Source: a virus (Duplodnaviria > Caudoviricetes). From it: DNA of 58,329 bases. Shown piece after piece: positions 10,501-20,100 of this stretch. The notes below the pieces were generated by a model. The model was not told where the DNA came from. It was given only the letters and a program-made list of their open reading frames with translations, and ran no database searches. The position numbers were made by a program, and so were the translations under genes. Each line of letters starts with the position of its first letter. The stretch's first letter is position 1. Where the stretch lies: positions 1-58,329 of IMG/VR virus record IMGVR_UViG_3300044461_000112; one strand, written 5' to 3'.

Positions 10501-11522
10501 CCAAAGCCGCGCTGGCAGGGGCCCCGACCTCGGCCAACGCCACCACCGGCATCCAGCGCAACACCGGCCCGGGCACCGGCTACCAGGACATGACCGCCGC
10601 CCTGCGTGGTGGTCCCTTGCCGCCCACCGTGCCGCAGTACACCGTCCCCTCGCCGGGACCGGCCACCTACTATGACTTCAGCAATCAACAGTTCCGCGAG
10701 CCGGCGCCCGGGCAGCACGCCGGCTTCGATTCGGGCGACCCCAATCGGGGATACGGCGCCTGGCCGCAGGACACCGGCTTGCCCGAGTACGCCACCGGCA
10801 CGTCCTACGTCTCGCAGACCGGGCCGGCCATCGTGCATCAGGGTGAGGCCATCGTGCCGGCCGCGCAGAACCCGGCCAACCCGGACGCCGCCCGCCTCGC
10901 CTCGCTGCAGAAGTTCCTCTCCCAGAACGTCGGCGGCACCACCGACACCACCGCCATCCGCGCCGAGATCGCCCGGCTCCAGGCCGCCCAGCCGGCGGCC
11001 GGCTTCACCGCACCGACCGGCACCCAGCAGCCCCAGGTGCAGCAGGCCCCGAAGCCCGCCGCCCCGGCCAACCTCAACACCTTGACCAATCCGCAACAGC
11101 CGCTCACGCCGCAGCAACAGCAGCAGGCCCCGAACCAGCAGGCCCAGGCCCCCATGGCGCCACAGCCGGTGCCGCGCGAGCCGCAGCACGCCCAGCCGAC
11201 CAGCCCGCCGAACGCCACCATCTACACCGCCGGGCTCACCCCGACCCCACCGCCGACTGGGTTCACCGCGCCGACCAGCACGCCGCCGGCCACCACCAAC
11301 CCGGCCATGACGGCGCTCATGGCCCGGCTGCCTTCGCCGCAGCAAGTTTCGTATCGCGTGTGGAGCCAGGACCTCAGCCCCAGCGAGCGCGAGATGGCCA
11401 TCGGGGAGTGGACCCGACAAGGTCATTACGTGCCGGATATTCTCGCCTTGATCGAGCAGAATCGTCTTACGAGACAACAGGGGGCCTACGCGGGCCAGGG
11501 CTACGCGCAGATTGGCCGGTAG
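7545..11522 (+). CDS. Large Q/P/G/A-rich putative DNA ejection protein
   Basis: ~1325 aa, low complexity, coiled coil; GGAGGT SD; contains YATGTSYV..GPAIVHQGEAIVP motif seen in tape-measure/pilot proteins. Confidence 0.6.
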   Translation: MPYDEDGNYYPTYGGASSPGGSSWDTGAYDPNASFDPYGPKVDVPTGPADAMDRREQQLAAAQAALNARGANGGAAARTPSSSMSTSQAAYSAATGGAYDPSTAMTAYQQAQLGLSQQQLYQDQQQFMATLNNQANIAAGNLGFNYAQLGQQGGQFQQNYGLDLAQFAMQSQGTPYQWAQLGLNANQIDTQQYLDQQRIDLSRQLGMGDDARGWAQMALAEEDHDLRMYLGQNDVLKSQAQIQAEMARLGIDLYQANLSAEIQRAKLALDQQVASGQAAALSQQAAADAARAQAALRAVEVELQLGEGNLELGWQKTRDAMDLGLEDINLRREELGLKDKISTQDLALQTLLGVEGINVSREKLANDRLLGISDQQTRRDIAQLNAQVEQQRIASTLTGPRDWAKAVENRRLMAAGGQNPFAALAPGAGQLAGEVGGPSEPLTLDSFLADNGFQNLQGFNFQNGPWQQMTGGGFQSPAGNPWSGQNIPAQPGAPMDWNTIYQQITGQSGGSTAAGAFAPPPGFGQPQLPAGGTAPPLPGTPATAQAAPPGWAPTAGYDPINNFNSPRFGERAPWADALLSGQISPWQAWQSMPKATPDQWNRMSDAQKNGAPWMNPFYTRQQVEQQGIAGFGGMGLPMAEAQQVGAFQAAMASGSSPEEAMAQAGMSAQMFGKMNQAYGQAVAEGREDLTPVQAQSLSDYLAQNPWVAQASPALAQRAQAEQWQQAQAATTFGGRPQQEMYQDAGGNWYAVPQGYGQQTAPTPAAGAQAATTPGSFQAPTTMTTGGYPGLPGMPAMTGNFMGIPIPQAPQIPQIPYPNQDRPSIVAQMYQQYLQSFPTGQAQQSPPAQNAMAYIMQMMQQAQAQAQAPPVTTPPAPTGTTPPPTGTTPPPTGQQPYTPYTPYGGGIQPGNTTGNPNWMPGYTPNSPYYSGGYGMPAVGSWQPDSPGVYSTGANADVAGAHVRPGEAGGAPATQYIQTKVRSSVDAAKAALAGAPTSANATTGIQRNTGPGTGYQDMTAALRGGPLPPTVPQYTVPSPGPATYYDFSNQQFREPAPGQHAGFDSGDPNRGYGAWPQDTGLPEYATGTSYVSQTGPAIVHQGEAIVPAAQNPANPDAARLASLQKFLSQNVGGTTDTTAIRAEIARLQAAQPAAGFTAPTGTQQPQVQQAPKPAAPANLNTLTNPQQPLTPQQQQQAPNQQAQAPMAPQPVPREPQHAQPTSPPNATIYTAGLTPTPPPTGFTAPTSTPPATTNPAMTALMARLPSPQQVSYRVWSQDLSPSEREMAIGEWTRQGHYVPDILALIEQNRLTRQQGAYAGQGYAQIGR

Positions 11523-11537
11523 CCTCCGTCCGGAGGA

Positions 11538-11556
11538 GTTCTTCTAAAGGAAGAAG
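11538..11556 (+). promoter_or_regulatory. 19-bp motif GTTCTTCTAAAGGAAGAAG
   Basis: Inverted repeat TTCTTC-N5-GAAGAA overlapping the SD region of gene 11568. Confidence 0.6.
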
Positions 11557-11567
11557 GAGAGTCCAAC

Positions 11568-12809
11568 ATGGCGCCACAGGACCAGTTCAGCGGCCGCGCC
11601 GTATTCCAGTCGGCCCAGCAGCGCCGCCCGCCCATGCCGCCACCGGCCCCACCCCGGGCCCCAGCCGGGCGGGCACCGAGCCAGCAGTCGTATGCGAGTG
11701 CCAACCCCAACGCGTCCTTCCAGCGGGCCCCGACCGCCATGGCCCGGCCCCCCATGCCACCGGTGCAGGCCCAGCGGAGCACGGCCATGGCCCAACCGGT
11801 AGCGACTGGTGGTGGTCCACGCAACTTCGGCCCCGGTACGGCTCAGACCGTGAACGACCCCTGGATGAACGCCATCGGTCCGGTCCGCACCCTCCCGGCA
11901 CCGGCCCCCGCCGCCTATGCGAACGCCAACCCGAACGCCTCCTTCCAGCGGCCCCAGGTGGGTGGCCCATCGTATTCAGCCAATACGCCGCAAGGCGGAA
12001 TGGCGAGCATGGATATCGTGCAGCGTCGCGCTCCGGCTGTTACCGCTGCCGACATGGTGGACGTGCCCGGCTTCGGCCCCATGCCCCGCTCCCTGCTCAC
12101 CGCGCTCCAGTCCCGCATGCAGCAGCGCCAGCAACCGCCACCCGTGCGGGCGATGCCGGCGGACAACCGTTTTGTCGGTACCCACTACGGCAACGACAAC
12201 ATCGGGGTCGGGGTTACGCCACCGGGTGGGTCGCACATGCCCATCGACCAACCATCGTATGTTGATCGAGCCGGTCCGTATGTCCCGCCCGCGCAGAACC
12301 CGGCTCCGACTGCTGCTCTACCGCCGCCGCCGCCGCCAGCGGTCCCATTGAACCAGCTTGCCATGACCCCGAATGGCCAACAGATGGTGGCGGGCGGTGC
12401 TGCGAACCTCGCCCAACAACAGGCCACGTCCCCAACACCGACCAGTGCTCCGCCCGGTAACCCGAACGACTACTGGTGGGATGGAACCAAGGGGGCCTGG
12501 CAGTACATCGACCGCGCCGCCGAGGCCGGCGCCCGGAATGCCGCCATGGTCCCGCCAGCCCCACCGGTCTCCCCGATCGCGGGCCATTTGTGGGGGGGCG
12601 GCCCGGAAGCATTTGGCGCGGGCCGCAGTCCCGTCGCCACCAGCATGACCGACTTCTACGGCGCCTTCGGCTCGGGCATCCCCGGCCAGCCCGTCCCCAC
12701 CCAGCAGCAGCTCTACGATCGCTTCAACGCGAACCCGCAGAATCCCTACATGCAGGCAGGGGCGGTTAATAACGGGAACACCGTCTTCAATGGTCCTTCG
12801 TGGTACTAG
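11568..12809 (+). CDS. Pro-rich low-complexity protein (possible ejection protein)
   Basis: AGGAG SD; internal repeat YAxANPNASFQR twice. Confidence 0.6.
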   Translation: MAPQDQFSGRAVFQSAQQRRPPMPPPAPPRAPAGRAPSQQSYASANPNASFQRAPTAMARPPMPPVQAQRSTAMAQPVATGGGPRNFGPGTAQTVNDPWMNAIGPVRTLPAPAPAAYANANPNASFQRPQVGGPSYSANTPQGGMASMDIVQRRAPAVTAADMVDVPGFGPMPRSLLTALQSRMQQRQQPPPVRAMPADNRFVGTHYGNDNIGVGVTPPGGSHMPIDQPSYVDRAGPYVPPAQNPAPTAALPPPPPPAVPLNQLAMTPNGQQMVAGGAANLAQQQATSPTPTSAPPGNPNDYWWDGTKGAWQYIDRAAEAGARNAAMVPPAPPVSPIAGHLWGGGPEAFGAGRSPVATSMTDFYGAFGSGIPGQPVPTQQQLYDRFNANPQNPYMQAGAVNNGNTVFNGPSWY

Positions 12810-12810
12810 G

Positions 12811-13380
12811 TTAGGGCAGATGACGCCAATGCTGTCGATTGACGATGTCCCATATGGCATGCTTGCTCACCCCGTATTCTTGAGCCAGTTGCTTTTGCAT
12901 GATGTCGCCGATGGCGTACCGTTGCCGAATAGCGATCACATCGGTAGCGGTGAGCTTGGCTGTCCAGACGGCCTCTCCATGGGTGTCCCGCCCCTTCTTG
13001 ATCTTGTCTCGTACATTGTCAAGGGTGGTTCCAAGCCAGAGATGAGCCGGGTTCACACAAAGTCGGACATCACAAGTGTGGCAGACGAGCATGCCATCCG
13101 GGATCGGCCCATTATGGATCTCCCAGGAGAGCCGGTGTGCTCGTACCACAGTGGCCTTCGGGTGCTTAACAGAGAACTGGCCGTACCCGCTGCGGAATCG
13201 TGGTCCAGTCCACAGCCAGCAGCCATCGGTCTTCTCAACATGTCGCCAGAACCGTTGCTCCGGGGTCTCTCGATTGGCGTTATGCCCGATGATGTATCGC
13301 CGTGGGTAGCCACGTCGAGAGGGCGTCGTGAGGGTCTGGCCACAGCCGCAGGCACAGGGGATGATAGACTGAGGACGCAT
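12811..13380 (-). CDS. Free-standing HNH homing endonuclease (HNH_3 type with C-terminal HTH)
   Basis: CWLWTG, AHRLSW, VCHTCDVRLCVNPAHL, N; AKLT..DVIAIR..LAQEYGVS tail. Confidence 0.92.
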   Translation of the reverse strand: MRPQSIIPCACGCGQTLTTPSRRGYPRRYIIGHNANRETPEQRFWRHVEKTDGCWLWTGPRFRSGYGQFSVKHPKATVVRAHRLSWEIHNGPIPDGMLVCHTCDVRLCVNPAHLWLGTTLDNVRDKIKKGRDTHGEAVWTAKLTATDVIAIRQRYAIGDIMQKQLAQEYGVSKHAIWDIVNRQHWRHLP

Positions 13381-13483
13381 TCCAACCTCCCGTGTTGGGG
13401 TGCCAGCCCGGGGTGGTTCACGGCCATGCCCGGGACTAGTTATGACTACATTTTACCAGCCATAGCATAGATAGGAGGAACCC

Positions 13484-13639
13484 ATGCCTACTGTTGGAAC
13501 CGGCAGCAAGAAAGCTCACTTTCCCTATACCCCGGCGGGTCGCGTCGCCGCCGCTCGCACGGCCAAAGCCACCGGCAAGCCGCTGACCACGGTGAAGCCC
13601 GCCCTGGTCAAGGTGAAGGTCACCCCGCGCAAGAAGTAG
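13484..13639 (+). CDS. Small basic protein, 51 aa
   Basis: AGGAGG SD; MPTVGTGSKKAHFPYTPAGRVAAARTAKATGKP...PRKK. Confidence 0.75.
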   Translation: MPTVGTGSKKAHFPYTPAGRVAAARTAKATGKPLTTVKPALVKVKVTPRKK

Positions 13640-13648
13640 GAGGCCCTC

Positions 13649-13765
13649 ATGCCGAAGCGGTTCCCCTTCGACCAGAAGGAGCCCCCGAAGCAGGGGCTCC
13701 CCATCCCCCTCCGGAAGCTCTCCGCCAAACCCGTCAAGGGCAAGAGTAAGACCAGCAAGAAATAG
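13649..13765 (+). CDS. Small basic protein, 38 aa
   Basis: AGGAGG SD; MPKRFPFDQKEPPKQGLPIPLRKLSAKPVKGKSKTSKK. Confidence 0.7.
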   Translation: MPKRFPFDQKEPPKQGLPIPLRKLSAKPVKGKSKTSKK

Positions 13766-13797
13766 CACGTAAATAGAGACCAGCAGGAAATAGCACG
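13749..13797 (+). repeat. 21-bp direct repeat
   Basis: AGACCAGCA(A/G)GAAATAGCACG at 13749-13769 and 13777-13797. Confidence 0.8.
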
Positions 13798-13826
13798 AAA
13801 ATCGGTTCCGCCCCGCAAGAAGTAGC

Positions 13827-13845
13827 GTTCTTCTAAAGGAAGAAG
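13827..13845 (+). promoter_or_regulatory. 19-bp motif GTTCTTCTAAAGGAAGAAG
   Basis: Exact copy, contains AAGGA SD of ORF 13848. Confidence 0.6.
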
Positions 13846-13847
13846 CC

Positions 13848-13970
13848 ATGGGTATCCCAGCCCCCTCGCCCAGTAAACCGATGCACACGACACGCGGCAC
13901 CCCCCGAAAAGAGGGTCATCACGTCGTCAGCACCCCCATGCCGAAGCCGCCGCCACCTCGGAAGGAGTAG
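13848..13970 (+). CDS. Small Pro/basic protein, 40 aa
   Basis: AAGGA SD; MGIPAPSPSKPMHTTRGTPRKEGHHVVSTPMPKPPPPRKE. Confidence 0.55.
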   Translation: MGIPAPSPSKPMHTTRGTPRKEGHHVVSTPMPKPPPPRKE

Positions 13971-13972
13971 CC

Positions 13973-14128
13973 ATGCCGCCGAAATCACAGGCTCAGGCTC
14001 GATTCATGCGTTCGGTCGCAGCGGGCAAGGCGAAGGCGCCCGGTCTCTCGAAGAAGGAGGCGAAAGAGTTCGTCTCCGGCTACCCGACCCGTGACCTCCC
14101 GAAGAAGGTCAAGCCGAGGAAGAAGTAA
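13973..14128 (+). CDS. Small basic protein, 51 aa
   Basis: AAGGAG SD; MPPKSQAQARFMRSVAAGKAKAPGLSKKEAKEFVSG...PRKK. Confidence 0.75.
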   Translation: MPPKSQAQARFMRSVAAGKAKAPGLSKKEAKEFVSGYPTRDLPKKVKPRKK

Positions 14129-14131
14129 CCC

Positions 14132-17100
14132 ATGGTCCTGGTACCCGAGGACATTTTTAACGAGTGGACCTCGGATGAGTTCGATCACTCCCTGGAAGAA
14201 TGGGAACGCCAGGAAGAGGAACGCCGTCGGCAGGAGGAAGCGGAGCGGCAGGCCGCCGCCGAGGCCGAACAGCGCGAATACGAGCGCTGGCTGGACGAGA
14301 TCGAGGCCGAACGGGCCGAGATCGCCGCCCAGGCCGAGGCCGCGTACGAGCCGCCGCCCCCCGAGCTCTGGCAGCCCGAGCCCGAGCCACAGCCCCAGTA
14401 CGAGAACATCGGCTGGACCTCCTGGCAGAACCAGGCCCCGACCCCCAGCCTCTACGACGCCAGGAGCGGCGGCACCCTCACCCAGCCGACCCAGACCATG
14501 CCGTATGACTGGCGCGAGCAGCAGCAGGCCTGGGAGCAATACCGCGACCAGCCCAGGCCCGCACCCGCCCCGCAGTGGCAGCCCGAACCTGAGCCAGAAC
14601 CCATTCTTCCCACCCGGCCGGCCCTGAACCAGCTCCAGGACTACGCCTGGCAGACGGCCACCCGCCACGGGCTCGAGCCCGACGTCTTTCTGCGCCAGAT
14701 CGGTCAGGAGTCGGGCTGGTCCCAGGACGTCATCACCGGCCAGCGCCGCAGCTCGGCTGGCGCCACGGGTATTGGCCAATTCATCCCTGCCACCGCAACG
14801 GCCGTGGCGAACCAGATGAACCGGGCCGGCTATCAGACTGACGCCAACCGCATCATGACCGACCCACAGCATGGCCTCGACGCTGCTGCCTTCCACATGC
14901 GCGATCTGCTCACCCAGTACGGCGGCGATTACCGCCTGGCGCTCACGGCCTACAACGGCGGGCCCCGTGCGGTGAATGCGCTGCGCGCCGGCCACCCATT
15001 CGGTGAGACGCAGACCTACCTGAATCGCATCATGCCGTCGGGTCAGCCGGCCGGTGGTCGGGACGCCATCCCGCTGCGCGACGCCCGGGACATCCTCACG
15101 CCTGCCTTCCCAGACGACGGGCGCGAAGCCAGCCCGCTGCTCCCCGGGCTGCCCGGTGGCCCGGCGCGCCCGGACCTCCCGCCGTCGTACCCGATCCCGT
15201 CTGGACCATTTGACCTCATGTCCGCGCCCGTCGAGGAGGGCAACTATGTCACGTTTGGCGGCATGCGCTACCCGGTCATGGCGCAAGCCGGCGACGACTG
15301 GGCGACCGACATCAACTTCGGCGCCCAGGGCATCGCCGAGCCGGAGCCCGAGCCATTCATTGGCCCCCCGATGCCCGAGGGCTTCGAGCCGGTGGCGCAG
15401 CCCCAGCAGTGGCCCGAGGTCCTTGGCCCACCGGCCCCGCCGCCCCCCGAGCAATGGCCCGAGGTGCTCGGCCCGCAGGTCCCCGAGGACTTCGTCTTCC
15501 CGGAACCGGCGCCGCAGCAGGAGATCCAGGAACGGGGCAACATCCCGGCCGTCAATGCCCCCGGCACCGTCGGCAACCCGGACCTCGTCCCCAACCAGTT
15601 CACGGACCGGGCGCTCTCCGCATCGGAAGCCGCCGCTGCCTGTGGACCCGCCGCCGCCGTCGCGTTTGCCCGTGCTATGGGGCGGAACCCCACCCTTCGC
15701 GAAGCGCTCGACCTGGCAAAACAGGTGAACTGGACCCCTGGCGGCGGCATGAACGGCATCGCCAACCAGGGGCGGCTGCTCGACCGCATGGGGATCCCGA
15801 ACCGCGTCGTCGTCACCGGCGAGCGTCCCGACGAGGCGCCCATCATTCGTGATATCCAGGGCGGCAACCCGGTCACCATCTCCTCGGCCGGCCACTACTT
15901 CGTGGCGGACGCCTATCGGGATGGCCGCTACCACGTCGGGACCAGCGGCACGGTGGTCTCCCGCTACGGCGGCAGCGACTGGATGACGATCGCTCAGATG
16001 AACGAGGCGAGCCGTCGCCTGGCCGGGGGCGGCATCAACGGCGTGCTCTACCTGGACAACCCGGCGTCGCCGGTCCCGAGCGTGGCCACCCTCGAGGGCA
16101 ACACGAGCGAGAACCGCGAGATTGGCGCCTCCGATGCTCAGGTGCGGGCACTCCAGGGTCTGAACTTGCCCGCCCGCGAGACGCCGGCCCCCCAGGTACC
16201 GGAAGAGGACCTAGCTTACTACGAGCAGTTCTTCGCCACGCCAGAAGAGGTCGAGGCCGCGCTGGCCCCCCAACCGCAGACCTGGCAGGAACGGGCTGCC
16301 GAGGTCGCCACCCTCTTCGGTCAGGGCTCCGGCGCCGTGGCCGACGCCGCCGCCGCCAGCATCGCCCGCAATGCCCCCACCGACACGGGTCAGGCGCTGC
16401 CCACCTACATCGACGAGCAGCGGCTTGGCACCCCGCAGGACGTGGCCACCCGTCTCAATGAAGCGCGCAGCACGGTGCAGAACCAGCTTCCCTTTGGTGA
16501 GCGCACCGCCGAGATTCCGAGTATCCCGCTGCCCGGTGGTGGGAGCTGGACCCCGGGTCTCTTCCAGGCAGCGGGCATCATGGCGCAGCTCGGCACCGAG
16601 GCGGTCAGCGCCAGTGCCGAAGGCGTGCGGAACCTCTTCGGCAACCAGATGCGGAACGACCCCTACCTGAACCGGGTGGCCGAAGAGCAGGGTGTCGATG
16701 CCGCCTTCAACGCCTGGTGGTCGACCTACGGCCAGGAATTGCCGCAGGCGGTCAAGGGTCTCATCGAGCAGGGACCACTCCTCGCCGTGAGCCTGCTCGG
16801 CCCGGGGGCGGCCAGCAGTACCCGACCGGCGGTGCAGGCGGTGGGTCGTGGTCTGGAGGCGGTGGACATCCTGACCTCTGGCCCGCTGGCCCCAGTCGCC
16901 GCGCTCGGCTATATCCCGGCCGGTCGTGCTGCTCGTGCGGCGGAGACGTCGGTCGCACCGCGTGCGGATCCGCTGGCTGCCGAAATCGAGGCGATCCTGC
17001 AGCAGGCGGCTCCTCCATTACAGCTCCCTGCTGGGGCGCCCCGAGGACTGCTCGATCCCGAGGAACAGGCCATTGCCCGGCAATTCAACGACTACGCCCG

Positions 17101-20100
17101 GGAGATTACGCCGGTGCTCGGCGACAACGGACGACAGGCGCTGGCTGAGGCCTATCAACAGTGGCGGGCGGGCGACCAGGCTGGCGCGAATGACGCGGTC
17201 GCCCGCTTGCTCAGTGCAGCCCGACCGGCCGGAGAGACCCCGGACGTCATTCCGCTCGGTGGTCGCCCGGACCTGCCGCTCTTGAATGCGCCGAGTAACC
17301 TCGACCGTTTCCCGGTGCCGCCGGGCGAGACCCGTGCCTACCACGGGACGGCGGCAGCCTTCGAGACACCAGACGCATCGCGCTTCAACTACGACGACCT
17401 GTATGGAGCCGGCTATTACGTGACGGATTCCCCGGTCGTGGCCGGCGGGGTGCCGGGCGCCACCCGCCCGGGACGGGGCTACGCCTGGGCCGCCGCGCGG
17501 CGGCCCGGTGCGGAGGACGCGAGCCCGAACGTCCGGGCCGTGAATCTCCCGGATACCCTGAACCTCCTCGATGCCGAAGCCCCCGTACCACCCGCCCTGG
17601 TTGACCAGGTGCTGGAGCGCGTCGGCTTCTCGGCGGCGGGTGATGTCGAGGATTACCTCGGCGGGACCGATGTGCCGACCGGCCATGACCTCTGGCGAGC
17701 CCTGGCCACGGCCTTCCGGGATAAGGACGCGCCGAACGAGGTCCTGGCCGAGATGGGCTTCGACGGGATTCGCTATGACGGTGGTCGCCGTGTTCCGATG
17801 CGGGATGCCGGTGGCGAGCCAATCCAACACACGGCGACGATGATTTTCCAGGAGTCGCTGCCGAAGATCACCAATGCCTTCTCCGGTCGCGAGGGGGGCC
17901 AGGCCGCTGCTCCATTCGCCACCGAGCTCGGCAGCGCCGCTCTCGGGGCGGGCGCCTCCCAGATCGGCACCGACGAGAACACCACCCTGCAGGAGCGGCT
18001 GGCCCGGGCCGCACTCGGCGCCGCCGGTGGCTACGGCGCCGCCCGGGCTATTGGCCGGGCCGGGCGTCAGTTCGAGGATATTGCGACCGCACTCACGGAC
18101 GAGCCCGGGTTTGCGAGTTTGCCGTTCGGCCGCACCCGCAATACCCCGCCCCCGCCCGGCGCCAGTCCGGACCTCGCCGAGCTCTACGACATCTATGCGT
18201 CGAAGCCGACCCCGGGCCGTCTGACCCGCGCGATCGAGTGGATTCGGGATCCTCGCCACAACATGGATCCCCGTGACGCCTTCCCCTATATCCGCGACAT
18301 CGAGCGGGACGTCCTGGAGACGGTCGGCCCCACCGGTCCGCGCCCGCACAGTCTCGCCACCCAGCTTCCCGCCCTGGTCCACGAGACCGACGTGATCCTG
18401 CGCACGGAGCTGAACCCGATCTTCGACCGTCTCGAGGCGGCCGGGGGGAAGCTGAGCGATCTGGACTCCTACATGGGCGCGAAACAGACGATTGAGCTGG
18501 ATACGCGGGGGTTTGCGACCCCTCGGGGGAAGACGGCCGCCTGGGCGGCGCAACAGCTCCAGGAGCTGGAGCAGAAGATTGGGCCACAAGCGTTCCGTGC
18601 GCTCGAGCAGGCCGAACGGGACGTGCAGGACTTCCAGTTCCGCACCAACCTCGAACCGAGCCGGGGCAGCTTCCTGACCAACACCCAGATCCAGGACATC
18701 CTGAACAGCAACCAGCACTACTTCCCCCACGAGGTGCTGGACTTCACCGCGCGCGAGGGGGGCAATTTCGCCACCGGCTCGCGCTCGATCAACATGGCGG
18801 AGCAGGAGTTCAAGCGGCGCGTCGGCAGTGAGCGGGACATCGCGGCCCCCCTCGACGCCATTCTCGCTCGGACCTACCGCGTGCGTTATGCGCAAGGGCG
18901 GCAGGACGCCGCCGACGCCCTGATCGAATCCCTCCTTCAGCACCAGGCGCGGGGCGGCACCCGCTGGTCGATTACCCGGGCACAGCCGGGTAAGCGCCCG
19001 CCGGGGGGCTACGAGACGGTCTCGCGGTTCAAGGACGGCGAGAAGGAGACCTACTTCGTGCCGGAGTTCCTCGCTGCCGAGGCGAAGCAGCTCGACGCCA
19101 GTCAGATCGGCGCCATCGGGGATTTCTTCAACCTCATCAACACGCCCAGCAAGATCGCGATGACGCAGGCCAGCCCGGACTTCGTCCTGCGGAACTTCGG
19201 CCGCGACGCCTTCGACGCCTTCTACCGGGAGGGTCTGTTTCCGCTCGGTCCCCACCACATGCGGGGCATCTACACGGCCATTGCCCAGGACGACAACTAC
19301 ACCACCTGGGCGCGGTCCCATTCGGGGATGGGGGGCCTCTTCGATTCGGGGCGGGGCCAGGCACCGAAGACGCTCGTCGAGCTGCGCCGGGGGCGGGCCG
19401 AGACCATGGCTCGCATGATCCTGCCCAACCCGCTCGAGTTCATCAAGCGGGTCAACCAGGTCATCGAGGAAGGGCCATCCATCGGCGTCTACATGGCGCA
19501 GTCCGGGGGGTGGAAAGGACCCCATCTGCCCGGTCCGCTCCAGGGGTTGATCGGCGAGCCGGTGGTCGACCCGATGACGGCAGCCGCCCGCACCCGTGAG
19601 GCCCGGGTGGATTTCCTCAACGCCCATCATCTCATCAAGGCCTTCAACCCGGTGGCGATTTTCCTCAATGCCAACGTCAAAGGGACGTTCAACGCCCTGG
19701 AACCCATCGTCGGGCGGCGCGGCCCCCGGCAGCAGCGGGCGGCGGCGCGGCTGGCGATCCTCTCGGGCGCGGCGGTGTCGGCCTGGGCCTATAACCACAG
19801 TCGCCCCGAGCTGGCGGATGCCTACGAGAAGATCCCGCAGTACGACCGTGAGGCCAACATCATCCTGGTGAATCCCTTCACGCCGCTGGTCCAGGACGAG
19901 CGCGGCCGGGAGATTCCCTCGTACATCGGGATCCCGAAGCCGAGCGCCGGGCGCATCCTCTGGAATATCGCCGACGACGTCATGCGCTACGTCCAGCAGA
20001 ATAACCCGCGTCGCTACGACGAGATCGCCAAAAGCTTTCTCGGCAGCGTCACCCCCTGGTCCAGTGGAACCGACATTGCGACGATCCCGCTGCCCCCGAT

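Noticed and set aside
7545-11522. Tape measure protein
   Set aside because: Mostly Pro/Gln-rich disordered sequence; no tail tube or chaperone frameshift genes adjacent
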